Shown: positions 5,675 through 13,583, counted from the stretch's first letter. The stretch: DNA of 20,000 bases from an uncultured virus (IMG/VR IMGVR_UViG_3300017917_002479) (IMGVR_UViG_3300017917_002479); one strand, 5' to 3'. Translations and numbers: made by a program. The notes: generated by a model from the sequence alone, not told the origin.

Positions 5675-8392
5675 ATGACCGGCGCAATCTCCCCCTTCAA
5701 CCTCAAGCTCCGCAACCGTCGTTCTGGCACCACGACGCTCCCCGCCGACTTCTTCGTCACCAACGACGCTGAGCTGGCCTCCGTCTTGGCTCTCGGTGCG
5801 GCCACGCTGTCCGGCAAGACCGTCGCAATGACCGGCACCTTCACAACGCCGAACTTCAACGTCAAACCAGCCTCTACTCTGACCTTCCGCAGCCTTAATC
5901 CTGCGTCCCCGGCTGTCCTGATCCGCACCAAGTTGAACGGCTCGGGGAACATCAAGTTCCAAGACCTGAAGATGGTCACGGATTGCTTCACCGATAACGG
6001 ATCGGGCAACTCGGGCTTTGAGGCGATCTTCTACAACTCGGGAGCTTTCGGCAGCCACACATTTTCAAGCTGCATCATTCGTGGCGGCTACGGCGGTCCG
6101 GGGTCGGTGGGAGCAGTCTACAACAACGACTACAACCCCACCGCCACCTACCCAGAATACGCCTGCATCATCCCGACTTTCACGGCGGGCGCTATCACCG
6201 CGCTTTCCTGCACTGCGCCAAACAACTATGTTGGCGGCCTGCTGGCTGACGGCACGGGCTATGCGTGGAGCGTCAACACCAACACCTCGACCAACGGCGG
6301 GGTAACTTGGACCGTGCCTGCGACTGGGACTTTCGATGTTGTTTCGGGCCTGATTACCAACTTGGTCATCACAAACGGCGGTGCCTCCAATGCCGGGACC
6401 AATCCGGGGCTTGGCACACAGGTCAAGACGATCACTTGGGCCGCGCAGCGCCCGTTCATTAACGTGACGGCAGGCGGCGTGGGCGCATCCGGCGGTATCA
6501 CTTGGGACGCCGGAACGCAGATTTTCGAGGATTGCACCTTCTCGGACCTGCGCGACGGCATCAAGCACAGCATCGCCGCGCCCGGTAAGTTCATCGCCCG
6601 TCGCAACACCTTTATCCGCCTCTACCACGACGCTATCGTCCCCGCCTTGGCGGGTTCGGAAGCGGGTGCTGATCGCACGATTACCGACAACTTTGTGACT
6701 CAAGTCATGGCGCTGCCGACCGACCCGTTCGACCCCCACGCCGACGGGGTGCAGACCTACATGGGAACGTCGACGCCGAGCGATTGGCCGAACGTCACGA
6801 TCGAGCGCAACGTCATGCTCATCGGCAATACGCGCGGGGTGGCGCAAGGCATCTTCATGGAGAGCCTGACCGGCAAGTATTACACGAACCTGCGCATCGT
6901 CGGGAACATGGTCCTGTCGGCTTACGACATCAACCAGATGGCGCTGCCTGATACCAACGGGGCTTACGTCTATCGCAACACCTTTGTTCGCATGGTCCCT
7001 GACGATCCGCAGAACAGCGGGCGCGATGCGACCCTCCGCTACAATAGTGGCCGGACGGCAATCGGCAACAGCTACATCGCCAAGAACTTCTACGAAGCGG
7101 TGAGCCTGTCGGGTGTCTATGTCGGCAGCGGAAACGTGCAGGTTACTCGCGGCGACAACACCGATTACAACGCGAAGTTTGCTAGCCCCCCGACTTATGC
7201 AGGCGGGGCTGGTTCGTGGCCCACCACCAAGGCGCAGGCACTGGCGGCGTTTGCTCCTGAGACGGCTTACATCGGAACGGGCGCGGGTGGTTCAGACGGG
7301 TATCTGGACTACACGAACAACACCACCGATCTAACCAAGGAGCCGGTGTTTGTCGCCTTCGTGGACCTGACCGCGCAGACACCCTCGTCAAACGTTTCTT
7401 CGGGCTGGGTGCAAATCCTCGGCGGCCCTGCGACGGGCTCTATCTCGATCACCGGGGGAACTTACCAGTTTGCCGATGACAGCAGTGGGACCAATGCCAC
7501 GGCTGCGACTTCGGCCAGCGCGACTTACACGCGCGGCAAGTTTCTGCGCCTGAATGTGACCAACTCGGCCAGCGGCCTGACCACCACGACCGCCACGGTC
7601 ACGCTTCAGGGCACGGGTTCGGCGGCAAGCCAGAACTATTCGTTCGCCTCGACCACGGTTTCGACCTTTGTTCGCCCGGTGGTCCTGCTCGACACGGCCA
7701 CCCCGGACCTCTTCCGCGCGACCGGCGCTACCACGATGGGCAGCGACAGCTTCCTCGGCACGATTGCCATTTGGGGCCTCAAGGTCAACGGCAACCCGGC
7801 TGCACAGACGCAAATCTTCAACGTGTCGGCAGGTTCGGCGACGATCCAGATTGCCATCGACGCAAGCGGCCAGCTTCGCGTCAACCTGCGCAACGCCGCT
7901 GCCTCTACGATTGCCCAGTTGTTCACGCCCAACACCTTCTGCAACAACGTCGCGCACGACCTGCTCATCAGCTTCGACACCAACGACACCTCGGCAACCT
8001 CCGGCCTCCACTTCTACCTCGACGGTGTCCGCATCACCTCTGGCCACTCGTGGATCAGCGCGTCCTCCCAAGTCGCCTACAGCCGCTCCCTCTCCAGCTA
8101 CCAAGTTGGCCCCGGCGCTTCTCAAAAGGACTACGAAATCGCCGGTCTCTACATTCACCCCGGCGTCCGCGTGGACTTTACCAACTCTGCCAACCGCACA
8201 GCCTTCACCCTCGCCCCCTCCTCGATGGGCGTCAACGGCTCGACCCCGACCGGCTCGCAGCCCCGCTACTTCTTCGTGGGCAAGGCAGCTCAGTGGAACG
8301 ACGTCGCCGGTATCAACTTCGGCTCCGGCCCCAAGTTCATCAAGGTCGGCTCGGCGGCGGCCGCCGACGTCTCTGGCAACACGTGGGCTTAA
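5675..8392 (+). CDS. Large receptor-binding/depolymerase-like protein (right-handed beta-helix, Ig-like linker, C-terminal ConA/LamG-like domain)
   Basis: Beta-helix-like strands (ITDNFV, HADGVQ, VTIERNV, RIVGNMV, YVYRNTF); LamG-like HDLLISFD...HFYLDGV near the C-terminus. Confidence 0.7.
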   Translation: MTGAISPFNLKLRNRRSGTTTLPADFFVTNDAELASVLALGAATLSGKTVAMTGTFTTPNFNVKPASTLTFRSLNPASPAVLIRTKLNGSGNIKFQDLKMVTDCFTDNGSGNSGFEAIFYNSGAFGSHTFSSCIIRGGYGGPGSVGAVYNNDYNPTATYPEYACIIPTFTAGAITALSCTAPNNYVGGLLADGTGYAWSVNTNTSTNGGVTWTVPATGTFDVVSGLITNLVITNGGASNAGTNPGLGTQVKTITWAAQRPFINVTAGGVGASGGITWDAGTQIFEDCTFSDLRDGIKHSIAAPGKFIARRNTFIRLYHDAIVPALAGSEAGADRTITDNFVTQVMALPTDPFDPHADGVQTYMGTSTPSDWPNVTIERNVMLIGNTRGVAQGIFMESLTGKYYTNLRIVGNMVLSAYDINQMALPDTNGAYVYRNTFVRMVPDDPQNSGRDATLRYNSGRTAIGNSYIAKNFYEAVSLSGVYVGSGNVQVTRGDNTDYNAKFASPPTYAGGAGSWPTTKAQALAAFAPETAYIGTGAGGSDGYLDYTNNTTDLTKEPVFVAFVDLTAQTPSSNVSSGWVQILGGPATGSISITGGTYQFADDSSGTNATAATSASATYTRGKFLRLNVTNSASGLTTTTATVTLQGTGSAASQNYSFASTTVSTFVRPVVLLDTATPDLFRATGATTMGSDSFLGTIAIWGLKVNGNPAAQTQIFNVSAGSATIQIAIDASGQLRVNLRNAAASTIAQLFTPNTFCNNVAHDLLISFDTNDTSATSGLHFYLDGVRITSGHSWISASSQVAYSRSLSSYQVGPGASQKDYEIAGLYIHPGVRVDFTNSANRTAFTLAPSSMGVNGSTPTGSQPRYFFVGKAAQWNDVAGINFGSGPKFIKVGSAAAADVSGNTWA

Positions 8393-8398
8393 CGCATC

Positions 8399-8737
8399 AT
8401 GCTCCGCACCCTGCGCACCTTCCTCTCCGACATCCTCACGTCGACCACGACGCCGCCCGAAGGGCGCTTGCGCGCCTTCATGTCGCTCTCCCTCTTCGGC
8501 GCTGGAGTGGCGCTCACCCTCTTCTCCGCCGCCATCGTCCTCATCGTCTGGCTCGGCGCATGGTCCCCATCCACCGAAGCCCAGCGCCTCGACATCCTCG
8601 GCAACGCCCTCATGGCCGTCTTGGGTGGCGTGATCCTCTCCCTCATCGGCCTCGCCGTGGGCGGCCCCATCGGCCGCATCTCTGGCAAGGTCGGCCTCGC
8701 CGAGTTCAACGCCTCGCAAGACAAGGACGACGCCTAA
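8399..8737 (+). CDS. Putative holin
   Basis: 112 aa, two hydrophobic segments, charged C-terminus, directly upstream of the spanins. Confidence 0.6.
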   Translation: MLRTLRTFLSDILTSTTTPPEGRLRAFMSLSLFGAGVALTLFSAAIVLIVWLGAWSPSTEAQRLDILGNALMAVLGGVILSLIGLAVGGPIGRISGKVGLAEFNASQDKDDA

Positions 8738-9258
8738 TGCCCCCCTTCCTCGCCTCACCCGTCTGGCGCATCGCTTCCAGCGTCAGCGCCCTCATCCTCC
8801 CCTTCGCCCTGCTGGCCCTCTTCATCGCCAACAAGCAGGCCTCCCACTTCAAGACGGCCTACGAAACCCAAGTCCAGCTCAACGCCGACCTCGTCGCCGA
8901 CATCGAACTGGCCTCGGCCAAAGCCACCCTCGAAGCCACCGCCGCAGCCGAACGCAAGGCCTCTGCCTACGCCCGCATCCAACAGGAGAAGACCGATGCC
9001 CTCCAAGCCAACCTCGCTTCTGCTCGCAGCGTTCTTGCTGCTTACCGCCTGCGGGCCGAAGCCCGCTCCCCGCAAGATCAGCGTGGCTCCGGCCAAGACG
9101 GTGTGCCCCGCCCTGCCGACGCCTCCGGCGACCCTGCTCCTTCCGCTCCCGCAGATTTCGTTCTTGTCCCCGCTTCCGACCTCGACGCCTGCGCAGTCGC
9201 CTCCGTGACGGCCCAAGGCTGGCAAGACTGGTGGACCGCCGTGTCCAAAGCGCCCTGA
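8737..9258 (+). CDS. Rz: Inner-membrane spanin (Rz-like)
   Basis: TAATG coupling; N-terminal TM, Ala-rich coiled coil, C-terminal Cys; contains an embedded lipoprotein gene. Confidence 0.8.
   Translation: MPPFLASPVWRIASSVSALILPFALLALFIANKQASHFKTAYETQVQLNADLVADIELASAKATLEATAAAERKASAYARIQQEKTDALQANLASARSVLAAYRLRAEARSPQDQRGSGQDGVPRPADASGDPAPSAPADFVLVPASDLDACAVASVTAQGWQDWWTAVSKAP
8996..9208 (+). CDS. Rz1: Outer-membrane spanin lipoprotein (Rz1-like), fully embedded in the +1 frame
   Basis: AGGAG RBS; signal peptide with lipobox LTAC; Pro-rich mature part. Confidence 0.85.
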   Translation: MPSKPTSLLLAAFLLLTACGPKPAPRKISVAPAKTVCPALPTPPATLLLPLPQISFLSPLPTSTPAQSPP

Positions 9259-9267
9259 CTCTGGCGC

Positions 9268-9310
9268 AGAAACGAAGAAAGGCGCGAGTCCTAACGGACC
9301 CGCGCCTTTC
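9268..9310 (-). terminator. Intrinsic terminator at the convergence of the two arms (possibly bidirectional)
   Basis: - strand GAAAGGCGCGGGTCC-GTTA-GGACTCGCGCCTTTC followed by TTCGTTTCT. Confidence 0.75.
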
Positions 9311-9358
9311 ACTCCCACCACAGGAGCGCCCCACAACTAGGAGCACCCCCTCCAACCG

Positions 9359-9724
9359 TCAACCTCGCGTCACAAGCGCCTGCTTGATCCGCTCCAAGAC
9401 ACCCAGCATGAACGTGCCACACCTCGGACCCGCCATCGTATAGCGATAGTCCCGCAGCACCTCACCACTGGCCTCGTCTTCCCTCTCGTCGAACTCGATA
9501 ATCATGATCGACTCGACGCGCTTCTCCCCACTCTGAATGGCCCTGAGCAAATCAATCAGCGCGTCCTCTGGCCGCCAGTGATCGCTCCTGTTCGTCCTGC
9601 CCACCCGCAACTCGCCAATCGTCTTGGGCGCATCCGCAAAGTCCTCAACCACATAGGGCGGCGCGTCATTCACAACGTCGCCCATGCGCAGCGGCACGAC
9701 CTTGCCTTCATCCTCGTCTTGCAC
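9359..9724 (-). CDS. Hypothetical protein (121 aa, GTG start)
   Basis: AGGAGAAGGA RBS before GTG 9724; the upstream ORF extension crosses hairpins. Confidence 0.7.
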   Translation of the reverse strand: MQDEDEGKVVPLRMGDVVNDAPPYVVEDFADAPKTIGELRVGRTNRSDHWRPEDALIDLLRAIQSGEKRVESIMIIEFDEREDEASGEVLRDYRYTMAGPRCGTFMLGVLERIKQALVTRG

Positions 9725-9748
9725 AGTCCTTCTCCTTCTCAAATTAGT

Positions 9749-9811
9749 GAGGCCTCGCATCCCCCTGAATGAAAGGATGCGAGGCCTCTGCCCGCCCATC
9801 GTTTTGGGCCG
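9749..9811. other. Strong intergenic hairpin (14 bp) followed by part of a second GC hairpin
   Basis: GAGGCCTCGCATCC-N12-GGATGCGAGGCCTC (9749-9788); a second imperfect stem starts at 9790. Confidence 0.65.
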
Positions 9812-9827
9812 GTGGCGGGCGGACAAA

Positions 9828-10142
9828 TCAGGCGGCTTCTGCCTCGGCCGCCACAGGTTCAGCAGCACGAGCCAGCTTGCCCAGCATATCGCCGATCACG
9901 CCAGCATCATCGAGCCGCCCCTTCAATTCGTTGATGATGCGCGCACCAAACTGCCAGTCGCGCTGATCCTCAACCACCTTCGACCACTCAAAGCCGAAGC
10001 CCACGATGTTCCCCTTCTCATCGACCGCAGCCAGCACATGCAGCAGCGGCACGGGCGAGACACCCACAGGCACCGGGCCAGTCGCATCAGCGGCATCCGC
10101 CGCAATGTCCGCATCTTCAACGATGCTCGTCACTTCTTCCAT
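9828..10142 (-). CDS. Hypothetical acidic protein (104 aa)
   Basis: TAGGAG RBS 7 nt before ATG. Confidence 0.7.
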   Translation of the reverse strand: MEEVTSIVEDADIAADAADATGPVPVGVSPVPLLHVLAAVDEKGNIVGFGFEWSKVVEDQRDWQFGARIINELKGRLDDAGVIGDMLGKLARAAEPVAAEAEAA

Positions 10143-10152
10143 CACCAGTCTC

Positions 10153-10353
10153 CTATTCAGCCCAGCCCGTCGTATCGGACCAGTCGCTAACCTCACGCAT
10201 CCGGCCCAAGTCCTGCACCTGCGATGTCATGCTATCGGCAAGATCATCCATCGCATCACGCAAAAAACTGCCGGGCGAATACCCATCTGCCATGGCCCGC
10301 AACCGCTCGACCATGGCCTCAAGTTCCTCCTGCTCGTCTTCGTAGACCCGCAT
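10153..10353 (-). CDS. Hypothetical acidic protein (66 aa)
   Basis: AAGGAAGG RBS; directly downstream of a predicted promoter. Confidence 0.65.
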   Translation of the reverse strand: MRVYEDEQEELEAMVERLRAMADGYSPGSFLRDAMDDLADSMTSQVQDLGRMREVSDWSDTTGWAE

Positions 10354-10370
10354 GTTAACCTTCCTTGAAG

Positions 10371-10425
10371 GGGTGTCGCTTACGACACCCAAGTCACACC
10401 TTAACCTGTCACGCATTCGTGACAA
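10371..10425 (-). promoter_or_regulatory. Putative promoter with palindromic site and leader hairpin
   Basis: TTGTCA-N16-TAAGGT; perfect palindrome TGTCACG-CATT-CGTGACA (10407-10424); hairpin GGGTGTCG-N4-CGACACCC (10371-10390). Confidence 0.55.
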
Positions 10426-10455
10426 GCCCTCCCCATCCAATTTTTTTGGTGCCCT

Positions 10456-11484
10456 TTAGAGGCGTGCGACCGCCAAGCGTTTACTGTCACTGGCGAAGTG
10501 CGCGTAACGCTGCACCATCCCCAGCCCTTCGTGGCCCAGCAGCTCTGCAACCACGGCCAGCGGGGTTCCCCGCTGCACCAGCTTGCTGGCAAAGGTCCGA
10601 CGCAGATCGTGAAGCTGCACGTCTTCGACCCCGGCCATGGCTGCAATCTCGGGTGCCCGCTTCGACAACGTGGACGTTGTCAGCTTATACCCATACCAGT
10701 TGCGAAACACCCTCCCCCGGCGCTTCTCCCATGGCACGCTCTTCTGCCCATTAAGCCGGGCTTGCTCCTGCAAGGCTTCCATGGCCCGCCCATTCAGCGG
10801 AACGTGGCGCTCCCTCACAATCCCCTCCTGCCCCTTCTTCGTGCGGAACGTAACGAACCGTGTTGCCACCCCCGTCTCCTTGTCGATGTCGACCCAAAAG
10901 TCCTTCCATTCCAGATCGCCAATCTCACCCGCCCGCGCCCCGGTCATGGCCAAGAACAGGTAGGCGGGCCACAGATACTCCGGCGTCTTGAGCAAGAACG
11001 CCTCAAGCTCCGCATCATTAAGCCACCGGAACCGACGACCCTCATCCCGTGGCTTCTTCACATCGAGCGGATCGCACCACCCACGCTCAGCCCCAAAGTT
11101 CCAGATCGCCTTGGCCACGGTCAGCGTCTTACGCACACTCGATGGCGTGCAGTGACTCATAGTCCGATCAACAAAGTCCAAGACCTGCGCCGCCGTGATC
11201 GTCTTGATCTTCCGGTCCGAAAACTCATCGAGCAACCGGCGCACATCGCACATGGTGCCCTCGCTCAGGCCCCGCTTCTTGCTCCGCAGATAGGCATCCA
11301 CGACCTCATCGAAGTATTCCCGAGCGACCAGCACCTTGCCCTTGCTCGCCGCCAATTCCATCTGCAACCGCTTCTCTTCGGCCACAGCACGCACCTCAGT
11401 CCGCAAACTCAGGCGCACGCGCATCCCATTGACGGTGCCGCGTGCATGCCAGATGCCCTTAACCTTCTTCAGTTTCAGTGCCAT
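10456..11484 (-). CDS. int: Tyrosine recombinase / phage integrase
   Basis: TGAR, RTKK, HDLRRT, LLGH and RYAH catalytic motifs; N-terminal arm-binding-like beta region; GGTGGAG RBS. Confidence 0.92.
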   Translation of the reverse strand: MALKLKKVKGIWHARGTVNGMRVRLSLRTEVRAVAEEKRLQMELAASKGKVLVAREYFDEVVDAYLRSKKRGLSEGTMCDVRRLLDEFSDRKIKTITAAQVLDFVDRTMSHCTPSSVRKTLTVAKAIWNFGAERGWCDPLDVKKPRDEGRRFRWLNDAELEAFLLKTPEYLWPAYLFLAMTGARAGEIGDLEWKDFWVDIDKETGVATRFVTFRTKKGQEGIVRERHVPLNGRAMEALQEQARLNGQKSVPWEKRRGRVFRNWYGYKLTTSTLSKRAPEIAAMAGVEDVQLHDLRRTFASKLVQRGTPLAVVAELLGHEGLGMVQRYAHFASDSKRLAVARL

Positions 11485-11902
11485 CGTCTCCACCATACCT
11501 GTAGAGCGGCGCATAAGGATCGTCCTTGCGCCACTGATTGTCCCACGTCTTCGGCAGGCCCCCGCTCCACCGCATGTATTCTTCCGGGTTCGTCGCATCG
11601 AAGCGGGCCTTCGCCACCACCACGACACTGGCCCGGTTATGCACCCCGAACTTGGCAAAGAGGCTGCGCACATAGACCTTGGCCGTGTTCACGGTCACGC
11701 CGAACCGCTCGGCGATCTCGGCGTTGCTCGCCCCCCGCAGCAACATCTGCAAGGCGGCATGCTGCTTGGTCGTCAGCGTCGGCAGCGGCGGAGCCAAGTC
11801 CGCACCACCACACACCCGCTCAAGCGCCATCACCCGCCCCTCAAGCCGCGCAATCTCTATGCGCACGGCCGTCAACTCCTCACGAATGTTGTCCTGTTCC
11901 AT
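11459..11902 (-). CDS. LuxR/GerE-type HTH transcription regulator without sensor domain
   Basis: LTTKQHAALQMLLRGASNAEIAERFGVTVNTAKVYVRSLFAKFGVHNR; N-terminal coiled-coil-like segment. Confidence 0.88.
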   Translation of the reverse strand: MEQDNIREELTAVRIEIARLEGRVMALERVCGGADLAPPLPTLTTKQHAALQMLLRGASNAEIAERFGVTVNTAKVYVRSLFAKFGVHNRASVVVVAKARFDATNPEEYMRWSGGLPKTWDNQWRKDDPYAPLYRYGGDDGTETEEG

Positions 11903-11932
11903 GGTCCTAGTCCTTTGTTTCCCAGCGGGCCG

Positions 11933-11973
11933 ACCCTACACCCCTTTCCTCGTCTTGTCACGCCAATGAGACA
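11933..11973 (-). promoter_or_regulatory. Putative promoter for luxR-int with palindromic site
   Basis: GTGACA-N17-TAGGGT; TGTCACG-CCAA-TGAGACA at 11956-11973. Confidence 0.4.
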
Positions 11974-11975
11974 CC

Positions 11976-12662
11976 TCAAGCCACCTCCACCATGGTCAGC
12001 TTCCTGCCACGGAAGCCTGCGCCCGTGTCCAGCCACGTCTGATTTCCTATGGTTACAGCCCGCTCAACCACGTTGTGCCCATAGTAAACGTGATCGACAC
12101 CCCGCATCGGCAGGATCGAGTCGCCCCGCTCCAAGGCCTCGACCATATCCCTCGACCACATGGCGTGATTGCGCAGTGCCTTGCGCTCTCGTCGCTCAGC
12201 GTTGGCCATCCGCCACCGAAAGTTGTTCCAATCCAACCCATAGGCATCAGCATGAACCAGCCCGATGCGCCGCCCACTCGGACTGTTCACCGTGATCGTG
12301 ACCGGCAGTGTGGCCGCAAGACGGCAGGCCGCTCGGCGTTGTTCATCCGCCAGCTCGGCAAACCACGCACCACCGTTGGCCACGTGATAGCCCGCCGCCT
12401 TCGGGTTCTCGCTGGCCTCAAGCATCATGGCCTCGTGATTACCCATGACCGAGTGGAACCACGGCTCGTTCAGCAGCGACAAGACGCCCATGCTGTCCGG
12501 CCCCCGGTCCACCAGATCCCCCAACGCAAACAGGTGGTCGCGGTCGGCAATGAAGCCGACCCGCCCCAACTCCTGCATCAATTGGTCGAGGCACCCATGC
12601 ACGTCACCCACGACGAACATGCGCGCCCCTTCCAGCCACTCAATGTTCAGGTCTCTTTCCAT
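11976..12662 (-). CDS. Metallophosphoesterase, lambda NinI/PrpA-type Ser/Thr protein phosphatase
   Basis: GDVHG, GDLVDRG, GNHE, GH and LDTG motifs. Confidence 0.9.
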   Translation of the reverse strand: MERDLNIEWLEGARMFVVGDVHGCLDQLMQELGRVGFIADRDHLFALGDLVDRGPDSMGVLSLLNEPWFHSVMGNHEAMMLEASENPKAAGYHVANGGAWFAELADEQRRAACRLAATLPVTITVNSPSGRRIGLVHADAYGLDWNNFRWRMANAERRERKALRNHAMWSRDMVEALERGDSILPMRGVDHVYYGHNVVERAVTIGNQTWLDTGAGFRGRKLTMVEVA

Positions 12663-12681
12663 CGTCCTATCCTTCCTGCTG

Positions 12682-12709
12682 CGCCGGGCCGCGCTTGCGC
12701 GGCCCGGCG
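12682..12709. other. Perfect all-GC intergenic hairpin
   Basis: CGCCGGGCCGCGC-TT-GCGCGGCCCGGCG; no U-tract on either strand. Confidence 0.7.
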
Positions 12710-12717
12710 AAACCCGA

Positions 12718-13560
12718 TCAAGCCCGACCAACCGTAGCCATGTTGGCCAGATCGAGCGGACCACTCACGACCTCGTCGTCGTCGTCCTCGACCAAGTTGT
12801 TCACATCACGCCCCATGGCCCGCATCAACTGGCCCATGGCCCGAGCCTGCGCCTCGGCCTGCAAGGCGTTCTCGTAAGCCTCCTTGATCGTCTCGATTAC
12901 GACGCCCTTCGAGCGGCTCTTCATCACGTCCTCGTCCCAATCAATCGGGGCAAGCAGGCTGATGCTACCATCCCTGATGATAGCCAAGACGGGGGTGTTG
13001 CGATGCGCTCCCTTCTTCTCGTTGATTTCGTAGCAGCGCTGCGTGATCTGTTCCTTGACCATGCCCAGCGCAATGCGGTTCACTTCCATCGGGAACAGGT
13101 TGGCGAACATGTCGGAGAACCACAGCGACAGCGGCCACAGGTTGCCGGGCCAGCGCCGACCAACCCGCAGCACCACACCCATGGCGTAGAGCGCAACGAC
13201 CAGCCCAAGCCGCTCCCTGAACCGGCGCAGCCCATCACGAAAGCCCATGGCCTCGCCATGCGTGTCAGTGCATTCGTCGTCGAGGCAGGCGTGCGACCAG
13301 CTCCGCCACATGGCCGAACGCATGTCGCTGCGCACCATCCGAAGCTGCTCACTCAGCGCCAGCCACCCGTCGTGGAAGAGCGCCTTGGTCTTCTCGTAAT
13401 GTTCCTCGCTGTTCGACATGGGGTTGCCGAGCATCTGGATCATGTCGCTCACGCTCTTGACGTGCGGGGTGCCCCGCTCCTCGTTCTTGCGACGCGCCTC
13501 GTCGAGGCTGATGTTGGAGTTCACGTCTTGGGTGTGCGGCCCCTTGTTCTTCTTACGCAT
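12718..13560 (-). CDS. Hypothetical protein (about 280 aa)
   Basis: CCCACCACACAGGAG leader; ATG 13560 has better RBS spacing than 13566. Confidence 0.7.
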   Translation of the reverse strand: MRKKNKGPHTQDVNSNISLDEARRKNEERGTPHVKSVSDMIQMLGNPMSNSEEHYEKTKALFHDGWLALSEQLRMVRSDMRSAMWRSWSHACLDDECTDTHGEAMGFRDGLRRFRERLGLVVALYAMGVVLRVGRRWPGNLWPLSLWFSDMFANLFPMEVNRIALGMVKEQITQRCYEINEKKGAHRNTPVLAIIRDGSISLLAPIDWDEDVMKSRSKGVVIETIKEAYENALQAEAQARAMGQLMRAMGRDVNNLVEDDDDEVVSGPLDLANMATVGRA

Positions 13561-13583
13561 CTGCATTCTCCTGTGTGGTGGGA

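Noticed and set aside
7388..8758. Long alternative-frame ORFs (7388-8758 -, 7668-8633 +, 5' part of 7771-9258 +)
   Set aside because: GC-rich shadow frames over the RBP and holin genes; only 8737-9258 of the 495-aa ORF looks like a real protein.
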